Assembly (NCBI RefSeq): GCF_009914755.1
Contig: NC_060944.1
Strand: one strand, 5' to 3'
DNA from: the human T2T-CHM13v2.0 reference genome, Homo sapiens
DNA: 64,000 bases
How positions within the stretch are numbered: position 1 is the first letter of the stretch; every line of letters begins with the position of its first letter. Below the pieces are notes generated by a model. It saw only the letters and a list, made by a program, of their open reading frames with translations. It ran no database searches and was not told the DNA's origin. Below, one piece after another: positions 1-13,631 of the stretch. The translations under genes were made by a program, and so were the position numbers.

Positions 1-130
1 TAAATAAATTATGGTGTATCTATACCATGGATCACTTTGCAGTTATAAAAAACAATGAAGATAATCCTTATACACTGACACAGGTATACAGAACATCATC
101 TGTATATCAGAAAGTGAAAAGAGCAAGAAC
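1..130 (+). mobile_element. Old L1 (L1M) 3' fragment
   Basis: ataaattatggtgtatctatacc...aaaaaacaatga resembles L1M 3' region. Confidence 0.55.
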
Positions 131-499
131 GGAGCTACAGACACAGATCTGTAGATACAGACACTTCCTTCTACAACAAAAACTGCTCCCCCTAAACAGA
201 GACAGAGTAAACATCCCCCTATCCTAGGGCTATCAGTAATGACAGGCACAGATCTGGCTGGTGGTGCGGCTGGTTCTCCCTCTATTCCCTCAAAGTGCTA
301 TCAGATCCAGGGATCTTCTCTGTAATTGTTCTGTATGATGCAGTATCTTTGATCACCAGTATTACTCCGCAGGAATAAAGGGGCTAGGGAGAAGAATAGG
401 CACAATGAAAGAATATAAATGGCCAAGGAATGCTGGCAGAAGTGTTTGGCTTCACTGAAACTCAAAATTAAAGCAATCAGATACAATAAGGTCAATATA

Positions 500-1200
500 A
501 ACTAGGCTGTTATTTATTATAGCAAAGCATTAGAAACAATCCAAAGTCCCAATGCAAGTGGAAAAGTTAGATCCATGATTTGCTATATGTCACAATTACA
601 AGTTCTGTTTCTAATAACATTGAGATGCCACGATATGATACAAAGTTAAAGTCTTCATAAAGCAGATTGTGTGTTGATGAGAATTTTATAAAAGAACACT
701 CAAATACTTGTCTTAAATCTCTGGAAAGAAATACATCAAGGCTGGGCACAGTGGCTCATGCCTGTAATCTCAGCACTTTGGGAGACCAATCACTTGAGCT
801 CAGAAATTCGAGACCAGCCTAGGCAACATGGCAAAACCCCATTCCTACTAAAAACAACAATAACAACTAGCTGGGCGTGGTGGTGCATGCCTGTAGTCCC
901 AGCTACCCAAGAGGCTGAAGTGGGAGGATCACTTGAGCCCAGGAGGTCAAGGCTGCAGGAAGCTATGATCATGTCACTGCACTCCAGCCTGGGTGACAGA
1001 GTGAGACCCTGTCTCAAACAACAATCACAACCAAAAAAAAAAAAAAAAGAAATACACCCAAAATATCAGTAAAATATTTTCTGTTACTACCAAAATAACA
1101 GAAAGTGGTGTTTTTCTGGCTAGTGAGATTTTAAATTATTTGTTTTCCTCATTTTACCATTCTGCATTTTCTGCAGTGAACTTATTTCTCTTGTAAATGA
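500..1200 (+). mobile_element. Old L1 (L1ME-like) 3' fragment interrupted by an Alu
   Basis: tttattatagcaaagcattagaaacaatccaaa... typical L1M 3' motif; resumes after the Alu. Confidence 0.5.
740..1048 (+). mobile_element. Alu (AluJ-like, small deletion in left arm)
   Basis: ggctgggcacagtggctc...A tail; flanking aagaaataca duplication. Confidence 0.95.
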
Positions 1201-1975
1201 AGAAAGTTACACAAATAATGAAAAAGGGACAGAAAATACACATATGAGAACTACAAAAAAGAGGCAGAAGAACATATCAGCATTCTTGCTTCTTCCATTT
1301 CACCCCAACAATGTAGTTTGTACCGTAAAACCTAGGGAGAACTATGGATGCTTAAAAACATCCATTTTAAGGGCAATTTAAGAGGGTGGGGAATGTGACA
1401 ACTGAGTGATTACTGCCTCGAAACCTCCAATATCATATCTTCCTCCTCAAGTACTTTATCAAATCCTAGCAAGAATGAACTTTTTCTCCAATAGAATTAT
1501 GGGCTTAGATTATGGTAAAGAAATCAATCTGAAATATTTTATCTCTAATCATTAAAACTAAGAAGCCTGCCTACCTAGCTTAGGCAAATAAAAGTTAGTG
1601 GGGGTGGGGATTAGGAATTTAGAAGTGGGGATTCACCTAGAAGAAAGGAAATCTGAAGTAGTCCTGGAAGTGCAAAAGGCACAGGCAGGAATAGCAATCA
1701 GGGGTCAGAAGAGACCAAGGCTGTGGGGCAGGGAGATCACACAGAGGTTGTCACGATGATCCCAGGAAGAACTGATGCTGACCCACAGAAAGCGGAGACA
1801 GCAGGATGAAGGCAGGGGGATCACATGGGGTAGGAAAGGAAGGAAGCTTGTCAACTACTTCTGATGCATTCCTGTCACAGCATTTAGCAAGAGCAGAACA
1901 AACAAGAGGTCCTCTAAGGCCTTTTCCATGACCAAGATTCCATAAACCTGACCTCACAGAAATTAAGAGGTGAGA

Positions 1976-2272
<297 letters not shown>

Positions 2273-2273
2273 G

Positions 2274-2293
2274 CACACACACACACACACACA
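2274..2293. repeat. (CA)10 microsatellite at Alu tail
   Basis: Direct inspection. Confidence 0.9.
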
Positions 2294-2554
2294 AGTAAGA
2301 GATGGCCAGAATGCTGATCAACTTCGTAAGCCTGCTATAGTAAGAGACTGTAGCAAGAACCTCTTACTATTTTCATTCGTAACAAATTGTGTGTCTCCCA
2401 ACTATTAGATGTGTACTTTGTATTACTAACATCTCTCATTTCATTTAAAACTACCAAAACTCTGTTCAAATTAAAAGTATATTGCAATATGATAAACTTA
2501 TCTGAAACCTCAAAACCAGAGGAAAAAAAATTAATTTTTAAGTTAAAAATCTAG

Positions 2555-2670
2555 GACTGGGTGTGGTGGCTTATGCCTGTAATCCCAGCACTTTGGGAGG
2601 CCAAGGTGGGAAGACTGCTTGAGCCCAGGAGTTCGAGACCAGCCTGGGCAATGTAGCGAGACCCCATCTT
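2555..2670 (+). mobile_element. FLAM / left Alu monomer
   Basis: Left-arm sequence ending gagaccccatct. Confidence 0.9.
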
Positions 2671-2673
2671 GAA

Positions 2674-2711
2674 GGGAGGGAGGCAGGGAGGGAGGGAGGG
2701 AGGGAGGGAGG
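2674..2711 (+). repeat. (GGGA)n tract, G-quadruplex-capable
   Basis: gggagggaggcagggagggagggagggagggagggagg. Confidence 0.9.
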
Positions 2712-3369
2712 ATGGATAAGGAAAAGAACATCTTACCATGCACAAAAATCTTCACTTGCATCCCATCGTTTTGATGTTTTCATTTCAAAGCATATATTGG
2801 CATATTCCTTTTCTAACACTTTTTCCCCCCAACTTACAAATTTTAAAACAGAAAAGGGTGCTCATCTTGGTTGTTCCACTTCAAGCTGTTAAGGGCATCC
2901 CCTGCCTAAATCATGGCCATTATGCAGTATATTAAAACTCTCATCTTACAGAAATAGGAGAATTAAACCAATTCCCTGGGCCGACTCCAGGAAACAGTCT
3001 CTCTTCATCCTCAGGCCCTTCTTGGAATCATAGTCAATTCCAAAATCTATTATTCTTACAGAAAGAACATTTTCCCAGACAACTATTATTACCATCCAAC
3101 TGAGACTTTTCGTTTTAAGATCTAAGTACTCCAAACTCTCTATTTAGGGATGTACAAAAAGGAACTTCACAGCACCTGGTACGAAAGTCACAAGAACAAG
3201 GACATGTTCTGGGCTTCTTTGCTTGGTTTTTAGAATGAAGGTAGTTGCACCAAAAAGCCTTTTTGCCTTCTTTTCACTGCTGAAAAGGGGCATGTTCAAA
3301 TCTGTCATCACATAGTCAGGGGTTTAGAGGAACTGAAGCAGCCATTAAATGGTTTCTTCACTGTACCTC

Positions 3370-4735
3370 CCTACATCTTTCTGCCAAGGCCACTTGTCTT
3401 AAAGAAGGGATGGGAAGGAAACAGAAAAGGAAAGAAAGGAGCATGGGTCCCTGATCCTGGTGGCTGCCCTCCTCCCCTCCGCTCTGGGGCATCCTCACAT
3501 CCCTGCATCCTTGCACAGCACAGCTCTGAGCCGCATCGCCACTCTGTCCTGCTCACCTCCTGCCTGCTAGGCACACCCATCAGGACACAGCCCCACAGGC
3601 CCCAGGTCTCCTCCTGAAGCTCCTTCCAGGAGTCTCTTCCAGGACAGCAACTTGCCCCTTCTTTTCAAAGCTCTCGGCCACACCTCCAGCCAACCCTTCC
3701 TCCACTGTGGCTCCTCCCCGTCCTCCCTCTGGAGTCAGAGTTTCTCCTGACATACTTTTCAACGCCTGGAATGGGTGTCTCTTTCTGAAGGGACTTGCCC
3801 CCACCCTCATCCAGCCCAAAAGCACAGAAACTAGGTCTGCTCCAGAGCCTGGTGGCTTCTCCCACCTCCACATGGCAAGCACCCAGGATGCAGCTGCTGT
3901 CAGCACACCTGTCCTAGGGCCACCAGCTCCTGCCTGGCCTCCTGCTTTTCCTTTCAGCCTACTCCCCACTAGGCAGAGCATGTCACATCTCTGCTCAAAG
4001 GCCTCCAAAGGTTTTTTTCAGGCCAACACCCTGGTGAGGCCCACAAGGCCTATGGAATCTCTGGTCAATGCCCATCCTGGTGGAGCAACACCAGGCACCC
4101 CCCTGCTGTGGGGCCTTTGCCCTTGAGGCCCACATGCAGGCTTCCCACAACTCCTCCAGGACTTTACTCAAAGGCCGCCTTCTTGGTGCAGCCTTTCCTG
4201 GCCGCCTGAATTTTCAGCATCCATACCTCTACCTTATTTTTTTCCCTAGTGTTTGTCAATATCTAACATCTACACATTTGACTTATTTCTATTGTGGATT
4301 GCCTGTCTCCCACACCAGAATGAAAGCCCTGTGGCCAGGCAAAGTGGCTCCCACCTGTAATCCCAGCACTTTGGGAGGCTGAGGCAGAAGGATTGCTTGA
4401 GCTCAGGAGTTTGAGATCAGTGACATAGTTAAGACCTTGTCTCTACAAAAAAAAAAAATTAAAAATCAGCTGAGCACAGTGGCATGTGCCATATTTCAGC
4501 TACTCAGGAGGCTGAGGTGGGAGGATGGCTTAAACCCAGGAGGTTGAGGCTGCAGTGAGCCATGATGATGACACTGCACTTCAGCCTGAATGATAGAGCA
4601 AGACTCTGTCAAAAAAAAAAAAAAAAAGGATGGAAACTCATGGATTTTTGTCTGTCTGTTCATTGCTGTTCTCTAGAGCCCAGACCTGTGAGTGGCACAC
4701 AGTTCCTATTTTTAAAAGGACAAATTAATGAATGG
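3370..4735 (+). mobile_element. L2 fragment ending in L2 3' terminus, interrupted by Alu
   Basis: ...cctgtctcccacaccagaatgaaagc[Alu]...ttcattgctg...ggcacacag...aatgaatg is the classical L2 3' end; 5' extent uncertain. Confidence 0.65.
4333..4627 (+). mobile_element. Alu (AluJ-like)
   Basis: Full dimer with A tail. Confidence 0.95.
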
Positions 4736-4789
4736 CTTGCAGGTCCTGTATGATCACTGTCTGACCTCACATTCTATTTCTCACTATTC

Positions 4790-5480
4790 CCCTCCCTGAT
4801 TTATTTTTCTTCACAGAATTAGTGACCAGCTGCCACAAGATTGACGTATTTGCTTGTTTCTTTACTGTTTTTCTCCTCCCACCATCACTAGGAGGCCAAT
4901 TCCAGGACAGAGCCTCACGCAAAGCAGGTGCCCAATAACCATCTGCTGAATGGAAGAATTCCTTTCCTCCGCACTTTCCAGGTCAGGTCACTGTCGGCTC
5001 ACACCTGGACTGCGTAAGCACCCTAACTTGCCTTCCTATCTCCAGACCCTTCCTGCCCCGGCACCCACCGCAGGAATTTCCTACCCCAAAACGAGCAAAT
5101 TTACTATGACCTCTCCTCAGCATCCCTGCTGCTCATCTCCACCTCCACTGTACTCTGCACTAAACTTGCGCCCCAAGCAGGACACTGCCATGCACACCCT
5201 CAGCTGAGAGGCCTTCAGTCTCCCTCCTCTTGACCTACTATACCTAGACATTTTTTAGGAGTTCCATGTTATCTCCCCTGGGAACCTTCATCTGACCGGC
5301 AAGGCCCACCCTACAACACGACTGGGCAAGGGTCTCACGTGGACACTATCACAGCACCCGTGCAGAATTCAAACCCTAACACTGATGGTATGCTGGCTGT
5401 CTTGCCATATGTCCCCCACTGGGCTGTAAGCAGCTGGTTACCAGGTATGTGCACCAGACACATTTAATCAATGGAGGAAC
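4790..5480 (+). mobile_element. Additional L2 3' fragments
   Basis: aggtgcccaataaccatctgctgaatg and ccccactgggctgtaagc motifs. Confidence 0.5.
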
Positions 5481-6544
5481 GTGAGGCTGTGGGCTCTTCC
5501 CATTACATGTTCTGAAGAACACACACCAAGGTAAGATGAGAAGTGGTCGGTTCTTATGAACACCCAGGAGTATTTCTCCCACTCTCTGGTAAGACTAAAC
5601 CTCATAAAGTTACTCGTCGGTCCATGCCGCTAATATCTCCAGACAGAATAATCTACTCTTGATACCCAAATATTCTCACAAAGGCTGTTAAAAGAAATAA
5701 AAGCTTAAGGAAGCTTAAACGCTTTCCCTGACTCTGAATGATGACGCACTGAAACAACAGGCTGTGTGTGTCACAGCCGTGCCTGTGCCAACAGGAAGTT
5801 TGGGCTGTTAACTGGGCTTCCAGGTTTAGGTGGTCCAAGAACTGCTGAGCAAACACACAGCCTTTTTCTGGCCGTGCTTCCTGTCTGTACTTTGGGATCA
5901 ATGTCCCTAGGGTACGATCGTTCATCAGAATTTTTTTTGCTTTTTTTTTTTTTTTTTTTTTCCTGATTCCTGTTTCTTGCCATGGGCATTCACCCCTATT
6001 TACGCATTTCCTAGCTGGCTTTAAAACATAAGAATTTGCCTAACTAGAGTCCTGTGGGATAAGAAGAAGATCTTTTGCTATGTTCCCCCTATTTGATATC
6101 AACTCTGACCACATGATCTAATTTCCATGAGTCCTGGGGCCTGGCACATCTCTTGTTCTTACTTTGACCTAGTGGACATTCTACTTCTAAGTATGGATTT
6201 GTTCTTTTTCTTTGTAAAATGTTTGTGTGGGTGTTTTGTTTTATTTTGTTTAAAGATCTGGGAAGCACTCATCCAACACAGGATGCCTAAGAGAATCTCT
6301 AAAGATAAGATCCTTATCAGCCACACACCCCACCTCCCTTTCCAGGAGACACCCCACAAGCCTGGTTCTCAGCAACGGCCAGATTTGGTTACTGGTGCCC
6401 AACCACGCTGCACTCCAGCACACCTTTCTCTAGATGCCTTAACAGCTGACAGCCTAAAGCCCAGCTTTGGATTCTGAGGCAAATGAGAAAATAAGAGCCA
6501 ACATTTCAGCCTCGCAAGGCCCTAACCAGCAAGCAGAGATGGGC

Positions 6545-6680
6545 TAGCCACTAGCCACGTGTGGCTATGGAGTACTTGACGAGTGCAACTAACGAAGTGA
6601 ATTTCAGGTTTTATTGAATAGTATTTAATTTAAATGTAAACGTCACATGTGACTAGCAGCCATGATGCTGGACAGTACAG
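6545..6680 (+). mobile_element. MER3 (hAT-Charlie) fragment
   Basis: tagccactagccacgtgtggcta...ctggacagtacag matches MER3 3' half. Confidence 0.75.
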
Positions 6681-7481
6681 ATCCAGACAAAAAGATAAAA
6701 CCCAGAGCTGCCATGCTGGCTATTCTTCAATATTTACATTTGCAAAGGCCAGAATGAAACAAGGCACTAGCATGCAGCAATGTCCTGGCATGATCCTCCC
6801 TGTCACTCATGTGTGGGTATACCCAACGGTGAGACCCTCAACCCTATCTTCCTCTGCCAGCTCTGCCTGCCAGCAGCACCCTCTCACACGGGTCAGTCAC
6901 CACCCACATGAGCCATCACAGTGAGTCTTTACAGCTCTCCTGATCTCTATGTGTGTCAAGTCCCACACCCCCACTGCCTGCAGGCTCTAGGAGCACCGCA
7001 GTTCAAATCCACAACTTCTCAAATAAAACCCATCATCTTCCATCTTCCCCACCCTCCAAACTTATGGTTTTCCCTAGACTTCATATTTTCTCCAAAGCCA
7101 ACATATACCCAATCAGGTTCTTCTGTATAAAATCTTGATGAGAATCCGAAACATCTCCTTCTTTGGCCCTCAAAACCTCCTATCACCTCTTCTATCAGCC
7201 TCACCTCTGTTCTTACTATTCCCATGCCTTTGGTATCTCCCAGACCCACCAATTCTTCCTGTGCTACCCCACTGCCCCTGCCTCCAACCAGCTGCCCCCA
7301 CACTAATCCCATCCATCAGGCAATGGGAAGCGACCCACTGTAACTTAGTCCCCTCACTTTTTCCCTGTCAATGGGCAAATCATTCAAAATGGTCTTCTAC
7401 TTTAAAAGTTGACTTAGGGTAGCAATTTCACTAGTGATTAAATACGGGCAGTACTGTGTTCCTGTTCTTATTTTATATATA

Positions 7482-7770
7482 TTTTGGAGACAGGGTCTTG
7501 CTCTGTCACCAAGGATGGCATGCAATGACACAACTGCTAACTCACTGCAGCCTCAAACCTCTGGGCTCAAAGAATCCTCCCATCTCAGTCTCCCAAGTAG
7601 GTAGGACTACAGGCATGCACCACCACGTCCAGCTAATTTTTAAATTTTTGGTATGAATGAGGGTCTCGCTATGTTGCCATGGCTGGTCTTGAACTCCTGG
7701 CTGCAAGTGATCCTCCCACCTTGGCCTCCCAGAGTGCTGAGATTACAGGCCTGAGCATCCGCACCCAGCC
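7482..7770 (-). mobile_element. Alu (AluJ-like)
   Basis: Reverse-complement dimer. Confidence 0.95.
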
Positions 7771-8398
7771 TATAACATGTTTTCTAACAAAACTATCCAC
7801 AACCCAAAACTCCATCCCACAAACTATTCCTTTGTAAACATTCTTTGATGAGGTTTTGTTTTCGTGTTTTCCTTCTTTTATGTAATCTACTTTATCTTGA
7901 GCTTTGGGAGTTCAGACTAAGGTTCATCTTGGCATCCCTGACACCAAATCATCCTGGGAGCTCATGTTTGGACTCTCTGCCATCTCTATCCTTGGCATTT
8001 CTCCCCTCCCAGCAGCTCCATCCCATGATTCCAGCTCTATTCCTACTCTTTGTAGTTCAATTTAGCATAATTTTAAAAACTATTTTCTTCCCCTTTTAAG
8101 GCTTCCTTTTATAGCCCTAGACTGGGATAAAAATTCCATAACATCCTTAATTAAATGGCTCTACTGTTAAATCAACTTTATAATTAACATCATATTTACA
8201 CCCAACTATGGCTTACGTCCACATTCCCAGCTCCCATGCTCTCACAGGGACTCCTACTTAGGTTGGATCTGGAAATTAATGCTGTGAGCAGTATTCCTTC
8301 CCAACCCTGCCCTAAAAAATGTAACAGGGATAGAGGGAAAAACCTCAAAATAGGCAAGCTTAAAAAGACAAACATTTCCGTACGCAAGAAACATGTAT

Positions 8399-8730
<332 letters not shown>

Positions 8731-9938
8731 TTATGGAAAAAAATGGGGCTGACACTGGGACCTGCTGGGCTGAGCCTGGAAGCCCTAAGCCAGGCAGCCT
8801 CGGCTCCAGCAGGGGAACAAGGTGGGGGCTGAACCAGGCCAGGCAGGCTTCCCCACTCTTCCATGCCATGGTTGGCAACCCTGGGGAAGACAACGAGGGC
8901 TCCACCCTAGGGTCTGCCTCTGGACTGGATCCATAATGAGAAGACACAAACCCCACAGAAGCACAGAGAAAGAGATGAAATTCCTGGAAGATTCCAGATG
9001 GAAAGAGAACTAGGGAGGGACTTCATATAGTATATCAGGGTTCCCAATGATTTAAATGAAGTCACATTTAAAAGAAACACATATATATAAGAAATTAAGG
9101 ACCAAAAATAGGCAGAAGTTAACCAAATAAAAATTTTAGAAGAAGTATAATTATTGCAATAAGAATTCAACACAAATACATGACTGTATACAAAAAATAA
9201 GTAAACCGGAAAATACTGAAGGACTCATCCAGAAGGCAGTGCTGGAAGAGGATACCCAAATCATTAGAGAAAGCAGCTAAAGAGAAATGAGGACAGGCTG
9301 GAAGGCTGGGCCGTATCATTCACAGAAGTCTGTGTAATAGTGGAGGGCAAACTACAATTATTTCCAGATGTAGAAAGACTAAGATGGTGACCATCCACAG
9401 ACCATCAGTGTATCTTAAATGAAAAGCAAACTAAGAGGGAAGAAGAAGAACGCAAAAAATAACAAGGAATGAGGAAGCTGACAACATACAATGATGAATT
9501 CAACTGCTAACGATAAAATACTACAAGTTTAACCTAGAATAAGTAAATCTTAAATTCTGGACCATAATGACAAGGCAGGTGGTTGAGACATGTTCAAGTT
9601 CTTGTCCCGAAAGTGAAGGGAAGTGAGAGTGAATCATCTCCTGGGCTGTAAGATAAAATAAAGCCACCAAAGAGATGAGGCAACCCCCATGCATGAAACC
9701 TTCCCATTCACTCTTCAAGTTCATCTAATTTAATCTTGAACAACTGGACTGATGCCTCTTCCCCTAGAAAATCTGTGTCAACCTTAAGCTTTCAACAGTG
9801 AAGAAAATCCAGTTTCAAAATTTTTCATTATAGGAAAAAAGAAAATGGTAATGCCAGTTGTAAAATTAGTTAAACAGCTCTCTGAGAATTAATACAATTT
9901 AAAAAAATAAACGAATAAAGTGTGAACGAAAGCAGTCA

Positions 9939-10266
<328 letters not shown>

Positions 10267-10271
10267 TCAAG

Positions 10272-10403
10272 TTAGGGTTGGTGGCATGCATCCATAATAC
10301 CAACTACTCAAGAGTCTAAGTCAGTTGGCTTGAGCCCTGGAATTCAAAGCTCCATTATGATTGTACGACTGCCCTCCAGCATAGGCAAGAGTGAGACTCA
10401 GTC
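10272..10403 (+). mobile_element. Diverged FRAM/FAM-like Alu monomer
   Basis: ggtggcatgcatcc...ctccagcataggcaagagtgagactc. Confidence 0.7.
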
Positions 10404-10404
10404 T

Positions 10405-10522
10405 ATTTTTTTTTTTTTAAGAAAAGTTATTTTCTTAAAATAACTTTTATTTTTTTCTTAAAATATATTTTTCTTAAAATAACTGTTATTTTTTTAAGAA
10501 AAAAAAAAAAAAAAAAAAAAAA
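10405..10522. repeat. AT-rich nested inverted/direct repeat tract
   Basis: Perfect 12-bp inverted repeat 10422-10433/10437-10448; repeated ttttcttaaaata; flanked by T14 and A24. Confidence 0.85.
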
Positions 10523-10529
10523 GAATCCT

Positions 10530-10782
10530 CCAAGGCCGGAGGATTGCTTGAGCTCAAGCTCTCAAGTTCAAAACCAGCCTGGGCAACATAAGGAGACCCT
10601 GTCTCTACAAAAGTAATAAAAAATATTAGCTGAGCATGGTGGCAGGCATCTGTGATCCCAGCTACTTGGGAGGCTGTGGTGGGAGGACTGCCTGAGCCCA
10701 GGAGGTCAAGGCTACAGTGAGTCTTAATTGTGCCACTGCATTCCAACTCGGGTGACACAGTGAGACCCAGTCTTAAAAAATA
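10530..10782 (+). mobile_element. 5'-truncated Alu (AluJ-like)
   Basis: Starts at ccaaggccggaggattgc. Confidence 0.92.
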
Positions 10783-10905
10783 ATACTGACACCTCTGTAG
10801 ATCCATCTACCCTCAAATGTCTTACTGTTGAGTCTCTTTATCATCAGGCTATGGGGCATGCCAACAGTTTCAGATGCAACATTGATAATAATAACTAATC
10901 TTGAA

Positions 10906-11226
10906 ACCAGGTGTGGTGGCTCATGCTTATAATCCCAGTGCTTTAGGAGGCTGAGGCGAGAGCATCACTTGAGCCCTGGAGTTCAAGACCAGACTACGCA
11001 ACACAGTGAGACCCCATCTCTACAAAAAGTAGAAAAAATTAGCCAGCTGTGGTAGACTACAGGCTGCACACACCTATAGTCCCAGCTACTCGGGAGACTG
11101 AGATGGGAAGATAGTTCAAGCCTGGGAAGTCAAGGCTGCAGTGAGCTTTAAGGGTGCCACTGCACTCCAGCCTGGGCAACAGAGCGAGGCCTTGTCTCAA
11201 AAAAAAGAAAAAAGGAAAGAAAAAAA
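10906..11226 (+). mobile_element. Alu (AluJ-like)
   Basis: Full dimer. Confidence 0.94.
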
Positions 11227-11884
11227 TCCTAGAATACTATTCTTGCCATTAACCACATCTCCAGTATTAAGAGGAAAACATCTTGAGGCAAGACCTCTCT
11301 AAAGAGCATTTTTCTGTTTTTAAACCAACACATTATAGGTAACTTTATACAAATCAAGTCATCGTCCTACATCTGGGAAAAAAATGTTCTTACTGAATAT
11401 AAATGAATGTGTGTAATCAGCCTTATCTGACTGCTATCACTTATTTGGATAAAACTACCTCTACGCTGGACACTGCTGCCATAATACATATGGACAGTGG
11501 GGTTCCAAGCAGTAAGTCATTCATCCTCCCAGCTTGCAATATGAGTGTGATGTTGGGTTGCACATTATTTCCTAAGAGTACACCTTTTGAAGATAAAATT
11601 AAGTCTTCAACATCCTCCAGGACACAGTAAGCACTGGGCTAGATTTAAAATGTTAACAGCAATGCATACTTCCTTCCTGGAGTTAATCCCAGCAGATGAC
11701 TCCAGGCTGAGAGCACAGCTAAAACCCAAGAGTTAGCCCAAAGACTATCTCACATATAAAGTATTTGGTTTGCAAATGCCTTAACCTTCACTGAAAACAT
11801 GAGCATTAAAGCCAATCCTATGTTGATTCCATACGGAAACTACTTTCAAGAGATTTAAGAAAGGAAGATGGGGAATATGATTAC

Positions 11885-11992
11885 CGGAAGAGTGAAGAAA
11901 GCTGGGTGCTTTGCCTCGTCTTCGTATTTGCCTTCTGTTGAACTTCCAGCCTCCATTGATTTGGATGTGGTATTCTTACCAATACCCATCAT
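11885..11992 (-). CDS. SLC23A2: First coding segment (36 codons) of sodium-dependent vitamin C transporter 2 (SVCT2)
   Basis: Translation [36 protein letters not shown] matches the human SVCT2 N-terminus as I recall it (continues VVINGG... in the next exon). ATG at 11992-11990; phase-0 donor CCG|GTAATC at 11885|11884. Confidence 0.97.
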
Positions 11993-12106
11993 TAAGAGAA
12001 ACGAGTAGTTTACACAGCCGTTGGGGAGAGCAGCTGGAAGTGAAGGCTTATTCAAGCTAGGAGCCCAGGATCAGCCGGCTCTTCTAGTGCCTGGAGCCCC
12101 CGATTC

Positions 12107-12136
12107 TCAAGCAGAGATGAGGCCTGCAAACGGCAT
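12107..12136 (-). promoter_or_regulatory. uORF4: MPFAGLISA* (9 aa), in frame with the main CDS
   Basis: GAG-ATG-C at 12136-12134, 144 nt upstream of the main ATG; TGA 12109-12107. Confidence 0.7.
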
Positions 12137-12453
12137 CTCTTAGCACCTAGAAAAGAAGAGCACAGCCAAATCACCCCAAAGCATGAAAACAACACAGGCC
12201 ATGCAGTCACTGAGTTTCTTGCACAGTAAAAAAGTCACACTACACATTATACCCAAGCATCCAAAAAATACTTTACCTAATTACAGTTTTCAGGCACCCA
12301 ACACCTTCTTTATTTATAGTCACCTACTGATTCTGAATTGCCCACTAGAGAGGGGGACCACTAAACCAAACTATCAAAAATATCACAATACTAGGGAGAA
12401 AAAAAATAGCTAAGGTACTTCTTTGATATGCATATGGTTTATATCTCATAACC

Positions 12454-12642
12454 CAGCACTACCTAATAGAACTTTCTGCAATGAGGGAGATGTTATATAT
12501 CTGTCCTATCCAACAGAGTCATGTGGCTACTGAGAACCTGAAATGTGCTTAGTGCAAATGAGTAACTGAATTTTAATTGTATCTAATTTAAATAGAAATT
12601 TAAGATACTTGTAGCTTGTGGCTACTATACTGGGCAATGCGG
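12454..12642 (+). mobile_element. MER3 (hAT-Charlie MITE)
   Basis: cagcactacctaatagaactttctgcaatga...gtggctactatactgggcaatgcg matches MER3 consensus. Confidence 0.85.
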
Positions 12643-12749
12643 ATACAGCCAATTAATCATGATTAGATGGGCATTAAAATAATTCTACATTCCCTACATG
12701 TGCCCAATTAAAAGCAGGGGAAGATACTCAAAAGCAGTAAAAAGAGGAG

Positions 12750-13077
<328 letters not shown>

Positions 13078-13631
13078 TGAGAGGGCACAGAGGATCCCTC
13101 CAAGGAATGGCATACATACAATGAAATATGCCTAGCTATGCCTGAATTTTTATAAAGAAAAAGATAATGCAAACAGGTAAGGGTGGGAAGGGCAGAGTGC
13201 ATCCCCTGGTACTCCAATTAGGGTGACATCAGATCTTACCACCAATTATCTTCCCACTAGGAATAAAGAATCCAACCAAGCTGCCCTGCAAATGTGAGGA
13301 CAGGACTGCAATAAGTTTGGAAATACAAGTACAGAACTTGCTGTTTGAGGAACTCTTCATGGGACACTTCATTCAATAAACACTTTGGATGAGCCAGGGG
13401 AAAAACAAAATGTAAAGAAATAAAAAAGAGAAAGAATTACACAAATTTTAGAGTTCAGAAATCAGAAGGCCAAAAAGGAAAACAAAGAAACTGCTGCCAG
13501 AACGTGAAGTTCCATGAGTGGAATACGGAGAGCTAGGTACACACATCAAATTCTTCCGGGGTGGTCGTTCTTGTTTGCATATTCATGCACATTTGCATTT
13601 TCATTCACGTACTATCCACATTCATTTAAAG

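Larger units (their letters stand above)
11885..12146 (-). other. SLC23A2: SLC23A2 exon (262 nt: 154 nt 5'UTR + 108 nt CDS; exon 3 of main transcript)
   Basis: Acceptor ctcttcttttctag|GTGCTAAG at 12147|12146 with polypyrimidine tract; donor CCG|gtaatc at 11885|11884. Confidence 0.92.

Noticed and set aside
5931-5961. Isolated poly(T)/poly(A) tracts (also 21806-21826, 24431-24448, 37010-37038) as processed-pseudogene tails
   Set aside because: No adjacent recognisable mRNA-derived sequence and no convincing TSD.
11993-12055. In-frame TTG-initiated N-terminal extension of SVCT2 shown in the ORF track, and the IIFPIFLS tail
   Set aside because: The extension is 5'UTR with a near-cognate start and a nearby upstream in-frame stop; the tail is read-through past the splice donor at 11884.
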